Under the pieces are notes generated by a model that worked only from the letters and a program-made list of their open reading frames with translations, was not told the DNA's origin and did not search any database. This document shows positions 1 through 13,738 of a DNA stretch of 64,000 nucleotides, one piece after another. The first letter of the stretch is position 1. Each line of letters begins with the position of its first letter. Source of the DNA: Octopus vulgaris (lineage: Eukaryota); NCBI GenBank assembly GCA_951406725.2, contig OX597828.1, forward strand, positions 41,602,001 to 41,666,000. Direction: 5' to 3'. The translations under genes were made by a program, and so were the position numbers.

Positions 1-99
1 GAAAAATATATGACAACAAAGAAACTGACAAAAGTTGATTAAACAACAACACAAAACATTCTCTCTCTCTTTCCCAATCTCTCTCTCTTTCCTCCACTA

Positions 100-236
100 T
101 GTGTGTGTGTGTGTGTGTGCGTGTGTGTGAATGTATGTATGTGTGTGTGTATCTGTTTACACACACATACATATACATACATGCACACTACGCATATATA
201 TATATATACATATATATATATGTATATGTATAGGTG

Positions 237-295
<59 letters not shown>

Positions 296-431
296 ATATA
301 TATGATATATACATGCATGTATGAATGTATATATATATATATACATATATATATAGATAGATATATAAATATATATATAAATGAAAAAATATATATACAA
401 ATATACATACAATTATATATAGATATATATG

Positions 432-463
<32 letters not shown>

Positions 464-472
464 TACGAATCC

Positions 473-548
<76 letters not shown>

Positions 549-1353
549 GTCTATGTGCGTGTGTATGTGTGTTTTAATCATTTCATGTTTTCAACTTTTT
601 AGTTGATCACAAGGAAATATTGCATTGAGACCAGCAATGAACTCACTCCTCTTCCTCCTCCTCCTCCTCCTCCTCTTCATCATCATCATCGTCATCATCG
701 CTGCCATCGCTGCCATCGCCACCATTATAACCAAAGAAGCAATATTATCACCACCAACACTACTGTCCTCTACATTATTCATATCATCACCACCACCACC
801 ACCATTATCACCACCAACACCACCACCACCACCACCACCACCACCACCACCACCACCACCACCACGACCCTCATCATCATCATCATCAACATCATCATCA
901 TCATCATCTTCATCATCATCATCATTTCCATCACCACCGTTATCATCAGTGATGATACCATCTGCACCACCAGAACAACAAAACCCACCACTGACAACAA
1001 CACCACTACTTCTTCTTCCACAACTTCCCCAACAACAACTACACTAGCAACACTATCACCACCACCATCACCACCACCACCACCACTACCACAACTACTA
1101 CCACCAATACCACCAATACCACCACTACCCCACCACCGCCACCGCTATCAACAACAACAGCAACACTACTGAGCCAACAACAACTACCTTAATACCATCT
1201 CTGCCACAACACAAACACGTATCTTAGACAGCACTAGTTCCACTACAGCCACCACCACCACCACCACCACCACCACCACCGCAAGTACCACCCCTACCAC
1301 CATCATCATCACGACCATCAAAAACACTGTAGTCATTGTTTTTTGTTGTTATA

Positions 1354-1399
<46 letters not shown>

Positions 1400-1481
1400 G
1401 AGTTTTTTGGATGGGATAAATAATTGTTTTTCTAGATGAAAACAAGATGGCAATAAAAACATATATATATATATGTATATA

Positions 1482-1527
<46 letters not shown>

Positions 1528-1592
1528 AGTATATATATGATGTATATATATATATATGTATGTGTTTATATCTATATATCTATATGTATATA

Positions 1593-1667
<75 letters not shown>

Positions 1668-1712
1668 ATATATATATATATATATATGTGTGTGTATATA
1701 TATATCTGTATA

Positions 1713-1796
<84 letters not shown>

Positions 1797-1809
1797 ATAT
1801 ATATATATG

Positions 1810-1841
<32 letters not shown>

Positions 1842-1870
1842 TCTATATATATGTGTGTATGTATATATGA
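100..1870. repeat. Compound microsatellite block: (TG)n/(TA)n/(TATC)n, (CCT/CAT/CAC/CAA)n, (TTA)n, (TA)n
   Basis: Visible simple repeats; the overlapping ORFs are low-complexity translations. Confidence 0.95.
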
Positions 1871-2210
1871 AAAAAGAACTCACGAATAATTTCTTTTCTG
1901 TTTTTTTTTTACTGCTATATTATTAATGCTTCATAAAGAAAAAAAAATCTCCATGTAAGTGCTGTTTGAATCTATGTATGTATGTATGTATGTATGTATG
2001 TATGTATGTATGTATGTATGTATGTATGTATGTATGTGTGTGTGTATGTATGTATGTATGTGTGTGTGTGTGTATGTGTGTATGTGTGTATGTATGTATG
2101 TATGTATGTATGTATGTATGTATGTATGTATGTATGTATGTATGTATGTATGTGTGTATGTATGTGTGTGTGTGTGTATGTATGTATGTATGCATGTATG
2201 TATGTGTGTA

Positions 2211-2487
2211 TACTGGAGGAAACAGGTGAAGGAGGGAGTCGATACCTTTGAAAAGAGCCTGTATATTCTTTACTAAAAAACTGGTGCTGTTCGAAAACGC
2301 ACCGCTAATGTAATGAATGAGGAAAGCTTGGTCTGCAACGCTTGCAGTCGTGTATGTTTTGTCAAGAGCGAGGCTCGTTGGACACCAAAGGAGCCGCAAG
2401 TGTAAAGTATAAGGTAATCTTGAGCGTACAATGTTCCTAAAGGTCAGCAATTGTTTCTGTCGGTCACGAGTGGACAGCCATCATCAT
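2211..2487 (+). mobile_element. RTE-clade LINE 3' end remnant
   Basis: Degenerate translation WRKQVKEGVDTFE...VCNACSRVC resembles the RTE ORF C-terminus (W-R-x-x-V/I-x-x-G plus C2H2-like finger); a short 3' UTR ends in a (CAT)n tail. Confidence 0.65.
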
Positions 2488-2500
2488 GTATTCTGTATGC

Positions 2501-2550
<50 letters not shown>

Positions 2551-2617
2551 ATGTCCGTATTTCTCTGTTATTCTCTCATTCTTTTAACATCTCTCTCTCT
2601 CTCTTTCTCTCTCTCTC

Positions 2618-2684
<67 letters not shown>

Positions 2685-2796
2685 AGTAGTTGAATGAATT
2701 ATCTTATTAAGGATAATTCGAATTAACCGATACCTGGGTAGCAAATTCACATCAGAAAATAAAGGAATTTTGTTAATACGTCGTTCAGCTCCATTC

Positions 2797-2853
<57 letters not shown>

Positions 2854-2874
2854 TACATGCATGCCTTGTCTTGT

Positions 2875-3218
2875 ATCTTGTATTTGTTTTAATCATTAGA
2901 GTACCGCCATATTGGGGCACTGTCAACCGGTCTCTTTTGCCGAACCGCTAAGTTACTAGGACATAAACAAACCAAGGCCTCTTATCAAGCGGTGGTGGCG
3001 AACAAAACACACACATACACGCGCGCACACACACGCACACATATACAACACACACATACATACGGGTCTCAGTTTTCGTCAATCAAATTCACTCACAAAG
3101 CATTGGTCAATCAGAGGCTATTGTAAATGATAGTTACCCAAGGCGCCGCACAGTGGGACTGAACCCGAGATTTCGTGGTTGTTGAGTAAGCTTCTTAACT
3201 ACACGGCTATCTCTGCAC
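2875..3218 (-). mobile_element. SINE family A, diverged copy
   Basis: Reverse-complement similarity to 62248-62688 with the internal (CA)n tract. Confidence 0.8.
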
Positions 3219-3322
3219 TTAAATAGGTTTCCACTATTATCGTCTCTGTCCATGTCGGATTAGCCTTTTAAATCATATTTTGCAACTCCATAACAACTGC
3301 ACGAGTAAGGAGTTGTTGTGAT

Positions 3323-3657
3323 GTGAAGGCGCGTGGCTCAGTGGTTAGAGCGTCGAGCTTACGATCGTGAGGTTGTGAGTTTGATTCCTTGACCGGAATT
3401 TCTCAAGAGAAATTTTTCATTTCTCAAGAGAAATTTCTCATTTCTCAGCTGTAGAAACGAGTTGCGACGTCACTGGTGCCAAGTTGTATCGGCCCCTTTT
3501 CCTTTCCTTTGGATAGCATCGGTGGCGTAGAGAAAGGAGGCTGGTATGCATGGGTGACTGCTAGTCTTCCATAGACAACCTTGCCCGTACTTGTGCCTCG
3601 GAGGGTAACTTTCTAGGTGCAATCCCATGGTCGTTCATGACCGACGGGGTCACCCTT
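3323..3657 (+). mobile_element. tRNA-derived SINE family D
   Basis: Head GGCGCGTGGCTCAGTGGTTAGAGCG (A box) ... GAGTTTGATTCC (B box), followed by a non-tRNA body. Confidence 0.75.
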
Positions 3658-3975
3658 CAAGGAGTTGCTATATACGTGTTCCAGTGGGTTGATCTGGTAT
3701 CATTCGAAAGTTATTTCTTTTAGGATAATGTTGAATAGGTCAAGATTAATTGAGTTAAAAATAAAGAAAAAGCGTTGTGTTGCAGGGTTGTTATGTGATG
3801 TAACCTCGAATTTTGTAGTGAGTGAATGACATGGAAGTCTAGCCTTTGGGTAGGTTGTGAACTTGACGCTTGGATAGTTTCCAACCGCGGCGTCAGAAAG
3901 AATAAAATTTGGACTTTCTTGGACGATTCCAGTAATGAAATTATGTTATTCTGTTTATCAATTATTTCGTGATCA

Positions 3976-4559
3976 AGGCGGTGAGCTGGCAGAAACGTTA
4001 GCACGCCGGACGAAATGCTTAGCAGTATTTCATCTGCCGTTACGTTATGAGTTCAAATTACGCCGAGGTCGACTTTGCATTTCATCCTTTCGGGGTCGAT
4101 AAATTAAATACTAGTTACGCACTGGGGTCGATGTAATCGACTTAATCCGTTTGTCTGTCCTTGTTTGTCCCCTCTATGTTTAGCCCCTTGTGGGTAATAA
4201 AGAAACAGGTATTTCGTCTGTCCTTACGTTCTGAGTTCAAATTCCGTCGAGCGAGGTCGACTTTGCCTTTCATCCTTTCGGGGTCGATAAATTAAGTATC
4301 AGTTACGCACTGGTGTCGATGTAATCGACTTAATCCGTTTGTCTCTCCTTGTTTGTCCTCTCTGTGTTTAGCCCCTTGTGGGTAGTAAAGAAATAGGTAT
4401 TTCGTCTGTCGCTACATTTAGAGTTCAAATTCTGCCGCGGTAGACTTTGCCTTTCATCTTTTCGGGGTTGATAAATTAAGTACCAGTTGTATACTGTGGT
4501 TGACTTAATCGACTGGCGCCTCCCCCAAAATTTCAGGCCTTATGACTATAGTAGGAAGA
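3976..4559 (+). mobile_element. SINE family B with an internally triplicated ~185-bp body
   Basis: Head GGCGGTGAGCTGGCAGAAACGTTAGC, then three units each containing GAGTTCAAATT (B box) and GCCTTTCATCCTTTCGGGGTCGATAAATTAAGTACC. Confidence 0.85.
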
Positions 4560-4847
4560 TATTTCGTGATTGACGTCTTTGCGGATGGTTTAAATTTTTA
4601 TAATGTTAGGGAGACGCAGTAGGCAGCAGCGTTCAATATCAGACCTAGGAAATGTAAAGAAGGGAAAATTCATGACATCAGGATCTTTTGACCTGAATTT
4701 TTTAAGGATCCATAATATCGGTATTATTGTTCCCGAGCTACCTACCCAGGAAAAATGTATATCGTTGTTGATGTAAATATCAAAACAAGAAAAGCTAGCT
4801 TAACTCAAAGGATTTCTACTCAAACATCCATTCCTACTTATATAATA

Positions 4848-5152
4848 CTAGCAGTATCGCCCGGCGTTGCTCGGATTTGTAAGGGAAATAACTATATAAG
4901 CATTTTTAGAGAGTTACTTCCCTTAAATGAACCGAGCAAAAAATGCATTAAAAAAACGAAAAGATGATGGTAAATTTTTTTTTAAATCGTAGACTCATGG
5001 TAGACGGGCGCTAATACCCGAAAGGGCTCGATATGAATCACGACTATAACATACCCGCTTTTGGTTAAACTGCACCACAAAATGTGGGAGTAGTTAGGAA
5101 TCTAAATCGGAGGAGACAGACTCTCACACAACTTCAGTTTTATATATAAAGA
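4848..5152 (-). mobile_element. Non-autonomous Helitron, copy 1
   Basis: On the minus strand: A|TC start, subterminal CCGAGCAACGCCGG hairpin, CTAG|T end; inverted homologue of 5379-5673. Confidence 0.85.
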
Positions 5153-5378
5153 TTGTGCAAAACAAATATTTAAAGAACAATATATCGCAATTCAAGAAAG
5201 AGAAGCATAATACTCTGATTTAGTGTCCTTATTTAGTAAACGAAAATTCACATAAGTGCTATATTTTTGACGTCGCTAAACCAAAGTTGCTCATCATAAG
5301 ACAGTGTGATAAGTTAAAGGATTTTATTATCAATCCAAAGTTTATTAGAAACAAACAACAATCGAAAAACATGAAACA

Positions 5379-5673
5379 TCTTTATATATAAAAGAGAGGT
5401 TGTGTGTCTGTCTCCTACGATTTAGATTCCTAACTACTCCCACATTTTGCGGTGCAGTGTAACCAAAAGTGGGTATCTTATAGTCGTGATTCATATCGAG
5501 CTCTTCTGGGCATTAGCGCGCGTCTACGATGACTACGATTTAAAAAAAAATTTACCATAATTTTTTTTCCATTTTTAATGCATTTTTTTGCTATATTTTG
5601 GCTATAACTCTCTAAAAATGCTTATATAGTTATTTCCCTTACAAACCCGAGCAACGCCGGGCGATACTGCTAG
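5379..5673 (+). mobile_element. Non-autonomous Helitron, copy 2
   Basis: A|TCTTTATATATAAAA start; CCCG-AGCAACGC-CGGG hairpin 8 nt before the terminal CTAG|T; inserted at an A-T site with no TSD. Confidence 0.88.
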
Positions 5674-6184
5674 TTTGTTGATAAAGCAACGATAAATCTA
5701 AGCAAAAGTAGTAACAGCCTCATAATATCTAAATGCAATGATAAACGCTGTGGAACATATCAGTTTGCACATATTGGTTATAATATATACACAGAGATCG
5801 GGAAAAAAAATTATTTACAGCTACAAATATGAACTATTAGAATACTATAATATACTATATCAAACGAGGCCAGGCTGAAAATTCATTATTCGAACGTTTG
5901 TGAATACACCGGCACCAAATAAGGGACCCTCATATCAGGTAAGTTAACTTAAAATACATATTAAAAAATACTCGGCTAAATATATTATTTAATGTTTCTA
6001 TTTTATAAAGTTCATGATCCAAATGAAGTTAAAAGAAGGATAAAAGAAAAGAGATTACTGAAAAGTTCAAGCTAGTTTCGAATGAAAAGTTATGCTGATT
6101 TGAATTTAGTTTAATTTGAAAATAACATTTACTCAAAAACTGGTGAAACATTGTAAGTTATCTGCTCTCTTTAACTGTAAACAA

Positions 6185-6198
6185 CGCCATCTAGTAGC
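6185..6198 (-). promoter_or_regulatory. CTCF-like motif
   Basis: Minus strand GCTACTAGATGGCG; one mismatch to the CCACTAGATGGCG-type core. Confidence 0.35.
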
Positions 6199-6305
6199 AG
6201 TCACTGTTGCAATGTAAATGTAAATATTCATTTAAAATATGCAACTAGTTATAGTTGCTAGGTAAATATTTACCTAAATATAATCGTTATTATATAAACA
6301 CTCAC

Positions 6306-6325
6306 TTGGTGATTGTTGTAAAAAT
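6306..6325 (-). other. Candidate 20-nt micro-exon
   Basis: Minus strand tttcag|ATTTTTACAACAATCACCAA|gtgagt, with an upstream pyrimidine-rich tract. Confidence 0.2.
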
Positions 6326-6456
6326 CTGAAAGCACGTGTGTAGAAATGCAAAAGAAAAAAGAGAAAAGAATCAAAACTGAAAAAGGTGTGAAAATTCGGC
6401 TTGGAGATTTACGAATATATTTTCTGCATACAATTTTTTAAAACTGCGTCTATCTG

Positions 6457-6543
<87 letters not shown>

Positions 6544-6651
6544 TGTATCTACATGTATATTTATATATCGATGTACATGTTTAAGTATGCATATATACAT
6601 GCATAAAAACGTATATATATATATATATATATATACATATACACACACACA

Positions 6652-6737
<86 letters not shown>

Positions 6738-7054
6738 TTACTGTAATATTAGCACCAAGCAGTATTTAGGCATAAACACAAAGTCTAGGTTAGTTAAGAT
6801 ATGTTTGCGACATATTTCAGCAGCTAAAAGGGAAATTCATTCTAGTTACCGTGGAGAAAATTTCTCTCTTATGGTAAAACGGTGTAAAAACACCGTATCG
6901 ATCAAGTGCTGCCTCCTATCAGGGTTCCCAGACCTCGGTGTTTCTAGCTCTTTTACTGTTATCAACGGGAAATAATTAAGAGAGGCAACCCTGGGAAGAC
7001 CTTCTCAAGGTATACTTTTAACTATAATGCAATCAGCAACAATGATGCTTAGGG

Positions 7055-7585
<531 letters not shown>

Positions 7586-7599
7586 GTTGTTGTTGTTGT

Positions 7600-7965
7600 T
7601 GCCTTTGCACAGCTTCTAACGCTGAAGATGTACTACGGTGTCAGCTGTTCACAACCAGTGAACTCAAGTAACACCCTTTATTTTTCGAGCAACTTCCGGT
7701 GTATTCGAGCGGTTCCAAGCTGTGCTGTTTTCTGCAAGTGCTCCACATTTATTGCAGCCCCTATTTGTTCCATGTACTTGTCGAAATTTTTGCTCAGTGT
7801 TCCCAGGGCTTCGACAATTATTGGTACCACTACCAACTTTTTCAACGACCACAACTGCTTTACCTCCCAAGCTAACCTGTCATACCTATCGACTTTTCTT
7901 TCTTCCTTATCACATACCTTGTTGTCAGCTGGGCATGCTATATCTATGATCCAACACAGTTTATT
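7600..7965 (-). mobile_element. R4/Dong-like non-LTR retrotransposon 3' end (restriction-like endonuclease remnant, frame 7965-7678)
   Basis: Manual translation NKLCWIIDIACPADNKVCDKEERKVDRYDRLAWEVKQLWSLKKLVVVPIIVEALGTL...HLQKTAQLGTARIHRKLLEK* matches the IID..P.D...KE..K..KY / VP...GALG / LQK...LGT pattern; the 3' end abuts (AAC)n(AAT)n at 7442-7600. Confidence 0.85.
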
Positions 7966-8045
7966 GTTATCTATCTATCTGTCTGTCTGTCTATCTGTCT
8001 ATCTATCTATATATCTGTCTGTCTGTCTGTCTAGCTATCTGTCTA

Positions 8046-8134
<89 letters not shown>

Positions 8135-8197
8135 ACGTTTATATATATTTATATCTATATATATACATACATCTATGTGTGTGTGTGTATACATATC

Positions 8198-8229
<32 letters not shown>

Positions 8230-8953
8230 CACACACAGATATGTATGTATGTTTATATGTGTGTGAGTGTGTGTGTGTATGTATACACACACACGCACAC
8301 ATACACACACACACGCACGCACACACACACACACACTGTTATTCAGAACAAAATCTATCCCAAAAGTTGCCATGTAGACACAGTACATGTGAAACATTAC
8401 ACAGATGCTACTGGCGTGAAATAAACTATTACAGTAACCAGAATTTAGCCATAAAAAATATATATTAACCTCAGCGATGATAATTTTATGAATTACAATA
8501 TTATTCTTATGATCATTTGTTTCTTGTTATAAAACGTGGCAGTAATAAACCACTGTCGTTATTTCTTTTGGAAAATGAGTCCCGAGACGTTTTGCTTTTC
8601 AAATATATGCATAGGTTCAGCAATGCTATTGTCCCAGATTAAAAATATAGGACTAGTAAGGAAATATGAAAAACGCTTATGAGAAACTATGATTAAACTC
8701 TAATAGAATCGGGTCACTTACATAAGATACTTGCAAAAATGATTTATGCATACATACGAACATGCATACAGACACACACACAAACATACACACATACATA
8801 TATATATACATATACATACATATATATACACACTTACTCATATATACACACAGTCACACACTTACACGCGCATATACATATATTTGTGTCTGCGCATGTA
8901 CGCCCGCATATAACGACCTTTTGGGCCACTCTGCAAATATGTATATGTATATA

Positions 8954-9040
<87 letters not shown>

Positions 9041-9086
9041 CATACACACACACACACTCACACACACATATAAACATACAAACATA

Positions 9087-9125
<39 letters not shown>

Positions 9126-9152
9126 TTAAACATATATACATATCTCTGTGTG

Positions 9153-9189
<37 letters not shown>

Positions 9190-9214
9190 TTATAAACATA
9201 CATACATGCATATC

Positions 9215-9263
<49 letters not shown>

Positions 9264-9835
9264 CTAAACACATACATAATTCAAGTCTGTGCTGTAGGTA
9301 GGAGCACTTTCTATGAGTGTGTGCGTATGTGCGTGCGTGTTTGCGTGCGGGCGTGCGTGTGTATGTGTGTATGTATGTGCGTGTGTGTGCGTGTGTGTTC
9401 CATACGAAAGGGTAACGTTCTGATATAACTTAGTGTCTTTACACTTTGGTACTTCCTCTCCCCCTCTACCAACTCCTTCTCTCCTTCTGTACACCAGACT
9501 ACACACACACACACAAACACATGCACACACACACACACAAACACACCCACACACCCACACCCTGAGTAGCTGTGGCCTAGAAGCTCACCCATGACTTCTC
9601 TAAGGTTTGGTTCACAGCTGTAGTTTAATGCTTATGACATATGGACCTGTGCCTTCACCTTATCCCCTGCCTCTTTGTACAGCAGCCGTCCCCCCCGCTC
9701 CCATCTCCTGGGCCGCCGTTCTTCTGTACCCGGGTCTTGGGGGCCTTTATGCGGCTCAGCTACTGTTACTTAATCACTAAACACTCGCTTCACTGTTTCA
9801 TCTGGATGCTGTGACTCGTTCTGCCTTTGGAGAGT

Positions 9836-9917
9836 GGTCATGATGATGATGATGATGGTGGTGGTGGTAATGATGATGATGATGATGGTGGTGATGAGGA
9901 CGGTGATGGGTGTGGTG

Positions 9918-9949
<32 letters not shown>

Positions 9950-10038
9950 GATGATGATGATGATGGTTGTGGTGGTAGTGGTAGTAGTGGTGGTTGTGGA
10001 GATGGTGGTGGCTGTGGAGGTGTTGATGATAATGATGG

Positions 10039-10076
<38 letters not shown>

Positions 10077-10149
10077 GTGGTGGTAGTGGTAGTGGTGGTG
10101 GTTGTGGAGATGGTGGTGGCTGTGAAGATGGTGGTGGCTGTGGAGGTGG

Positions 10150-10181
<32 letters not shown>

Positions 10182-10266
10182 ATGATGATGATGATGGGGG
10201 TGGTGGTAGTGGTAGTGGTGGTGGTTGTGGGGATGGTGGTGGCTGTGGAGGTGGTGATGATGATGG

Positions 10267-10297
<31 letters not shown>

Positions 10298-10382
10298 GAT
10301 GATGGTGGTAGTGGTAGTGGTGGTGGTTGTGGAGATGGTGGTGGCTGTGGAGGTGGTGATGATGATGATGATGATGATGAGG
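9836..10382. repeat. Higher-order (GAT)n/(GGT)n repeat with four ~105-120 bp super-units
   Basis: The motif GGTAGTGGTAGT...GGTGGTTGTGGAGATGGTGGTGGCTGTG recurs four times, separated by (GAT)n. Confidence 0.85.
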
Positions 10383-11520
10383 GTCACGGCGACGATAGCG
10401 GTAGAGGTCTTCATCATTGTGATAATTCAAAACCTGTTGAATCACGCCTTTCTGCATGTCTGTCTGCATGTATGTCTGCGTGCGCGACTGTCTGCCTGTC
10501 CGACAGTCTGTCTTTCTGTCTGACTGTCTACCTAACTACCACCTTATCTCTAAATTTATTTCTTTATTCATCACTCTCTCTCTCCCCCATATATATGCTT
10601 GTCTTTCTATGTATGTATGTATGTATGTATGTATGTATGTATGTATGTATGTATGTATGTATGTATGTATGTATGTATGTATGTATGTATGCATGTATGT
10701 ATGTATGTATGTATGTATGTATGTATGTATGTATGTATGCGGTGCCCCAGCATGGCCACAGCTCGTGAGCTGAAACTAGATAAAATAAATAAAAAAAAAA
10801 TATATGATTGCAAGTGTTAGTATATATCTGATAGACAAATGGATAGGAATATATTTAAGGAAAGGAAAAATAGAAGTGTATTCATTACTTTATTCCAAGT
10901 TGGTACAAATATCCAATAAAAACTCTACAATTTGCTTCCAAGCCTAAATGATTCGAAACAAAACGAAATATTCTGTTGTGTCTTGGGAGAGTCATTTTCT
11001 TTTTATGCCTTATAATTTAACACACGCACAGGTAAAATTTCCACTTATTTCTTATTTTTATTTTCCCAGACACAACAGGATATGCTTCAACACACGAACT
11101 CATATAAGGAATCTTGCAAACCAAATCCCAAAACAACACAAAATATAATCCTTTGAAATCACAAATTAGGCTTTTTCTCAGAACGCCAGATTGATCAAAG
11201 AACAGAAAAAAATGTAAATACACTTCAGCGTTAATTCAAATGACAGTTCATAATTTAGAAATACTTGTTAACGTCATTTTGCAATTAACGTCTACACAAA
11301 GCATAATAGGCAATCAACCTACAGATAAGTTAATGAAAAAATAAACAACTAACTACTAAGAATTATAGAGTTAACTAATTAAAAAATTAAAAGCCAATAC
11401 ATTATCCATTAAAACATAATCAATACAGTAATTCGAAGTTAATAATATGATTTTAAACGAAATGAATATTGTTTATTTAAAAAGGTCTTCTGTCAAGTGA
11501 AACAGAATAATTTCCCTTAC

Positions 11521-11914
11521 ATAGGAGTGGCTGTGTGGTAAGTAGCTTGCTAACCAGCCACATGGTTCCGGGTCCAGTCCCACTGCGTGGCATCTTGGGC
11601 AAGTGTCTTCTGCTATAGCCCCGGGCCGACCAATGCCTTGTGAGTTGATTTGCTAGACGGAAACTGAAAGAAGCCTGTCGTATATATGTATATATATATA
11701 TGTGTGTGTGTTTGTGTGTCTGTGTTTGTCCCCCTAGCATCGCTTGACAATCGATGGTGGTGTGTTTACGTCCCCGGAATTTAGCGGTTCGGCAAAAGAG
11801 ACCGATAGAATAAGTACTGGGCTTACAAAAGAATAAGTTCCGTGGTCGAGTTGCTCGATTAAAGGCGGTGCTCCAGCATGGCCGCAGTCAAATGACTGAA
11901 ACAAGTAAAAGAGT
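11521..11914 (+). mobile_element. SINE family A, near full length
   Basis: tRNA-like head (TGGCTGTGTGG A box; GGTCCAGTCCC B-box-like), internal (TA)/(TG) tract, tail GACTGAAACAAGTAAAAGAG. Confidence 0.92.
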
Positions 11915-12334
11915 ATATAAACAAATCAAAACAAGCGAAAAAATAATTGCAGGAAAATTCCTTCCATTTCAGAATATCTGGTCTTTATATTTTTGTTGGT
12001 AGAATCCATTCATTCCAATAATGAATTCCTGGAGAAAAGCTTAATTTGGGATTTCAAATGGATTATATTTCGTTTTTGTCTTGAATTAATTAGGCTTGGA
12101 ACCAACTTGTAGAGTTTTTATTGGATATATGTACCAACTTAGAATAAAGTAGCGTCTTCTAGTTTCCCTTTCTTTATAATACTCTATGTATATTGTCGTT
12201 AATGCTTGAAATGAGAAGTAGATACACAGCCGACAACTAATGAAGGGTTCCCTCTCTGTGCTTACTTTCCTGTTCTCCATTCTTATCTCGTTGTTTACGT
12301 ATTTCGTGTTGTTTGAACCGTTGGTGATGTCCCC

Positions 12335-12730
12335 TCGTTCCCCTGCTCCCGCCCACGTTGCCGCACTTGCCCTTACCTCTCCAACACCACCCGCCTCACT
12401 AGCACCCACCATCGACCCTATCCCATCATCCACTCCTTCACCTGCACCTCCAGCAATATTATCTATTGCATCTCTTGCTCTCTCTGCAATTCCTTGTACA
12501 TCGGACAAACTGGACGCCGCTTGGCTGACCGGTTCGCGGAACACCTTCGTGACATCCACCTTGCGAGCGACACACCGGTCTCACGCCATTTCCGCTCCAC
12601 CGGTCACTCCTTGCAACACCTATCTGTGTTCGGTTTGTCCTTACACAGAGGCCATCCGGATTCCCGTTTGCGCCGTGAACAGGAATTAATCTTCTCTCTT
12701 CGCTCTTATACGCCATTTGGTCTCAACTCT
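12335..12730 (+). pseudogene. PLE GIY-YIG endonuclease domain (reverse transcriptase missing)
   Basis: The frame extends upstream of track ORF 12494: FPCSRPRCRTCPYL...FTCTSSNIIYCISCSLCNSLYIGQTGRRLADRFAEH...VSRHF...H...RREQELIFSLRSYTPFGLN; IIY..YIG, CxxC/H/H and GLN motifs are typical of PLEs. Confidence 0.92.
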
Positions 12731-13090
12731 CCCCCCTCCTCATCTAACCCCCTCTTCCCCCTCCTCACCTATCCTTTCCCCCCGACCCCTACTTCTTCAG
12801 TCCTTCATCCTTTCACCCCTACTCCCCTTCCCTTCTTCCCTCTTTCTCCCTCCCTCTTTCCCTCTTCCCCTTCCCTCCTTCCCTCTTCTCCTTCCCTCTG
12901 CTCCCTCACTCCCCCTCTCCCTCTTTCCTCCTTCCTCCCCCTCCTCCCCTTCCTTCTCCCCCCTCCTCTCTCTCCCCCCTCCTCTCATCTTCCCCCTCTC
13001 CTCCCCCTCTCCTCCCCTCTCCTCCCCCTTCCCCCTCTTCTCCTCACTACACCACACGACTTCACACATCACATCATATATGATGTGCCA

Positions 13091-13432
13091 TACTAATACA
13101 TACACCAACTAATACATACTAATACGAACTAATACATACTAATACATACTAATACATACACCAACCCTATACATACACACGTCCAGACCCCTCATACGCA
13201 CTTATACTCTCTCATACACACACACACACACACTTATACATACTAATACGTACTAATACATACTAATACATACTAATACATACACCAACCCCATACATAC
13301 GCACGTCCACACCAATCCTACGCACTAACACTCTCTCATACACACACACACACACACACACACACCCTTATACATACTAATACATACACCAACCCTATAC
13401 ATACACACGTCCAGACCCCTCCTACGCACTAT
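13091..13432 (+). repeat. Tandem ~120-150 bp units with nested TACTAATACA 10-mers
   Basis: Three related units (TACACCAACCC...CACGTCCA...) and 12 ACTAAY hexamers. Confidence 0.85.
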
Positions 13433-13604
13433 TAGCTGGTCCTTCAACCATATTATCAACCCTATTATCTCCCCTTATTTCGCTCTCGCGTCTCATGTTT
13501 GATCTTTGACCTCTGGCCGAAATCAGATCGCCATGTTGATTCGTTAGCTACTGCACGCATTTTTTTTCTCTCCTTCTTTCTGTGTTTTTTTTCTCTCTGT
13601 GTAT

Positions 13605-13640
13605 CTTTCTGTTGAAGAGCGTAGGCTCGAAATGTTAAAG
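13605..13640 (+). ncRNA. Minimal hammerhead-like motif (variant core CUGUUGA)
   Basis: CUUU-CUGUUGA-A-GAGC(GUAG)GCUC-GAAA-UGUU-AAAG. Confidence 0.6.
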
Positions 13641-13738
13641 ACTTGTTTTATTTATATTTCCTGAGCGCCATACTAATACAATTGTTCGTTTGTTTTCCAC
13701 CTGCCTTCGTCTTTTGTCTATTTTCATAAAGCTTCCCG

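Noticed and set aside
4848-5673. A single MITE with 300-bp TIRs
   Set aside because: Each arm has its own complete Helitron termini and there is no flanking TSD.
5821-5938. Plus-strand exon candidate (tttacag ... CAG|GTAAGT)
   Set aside because: Stops in all three frames; it may overlap a DNA-transposon remnant.
9827-10768. Asp/Gly-rich biomineral-like or His-rich beak-like protein
   Set aside because: Compound trinucleotide repeat open in several frames and running into (TATG)n; no signal peptide or convincing splice context.
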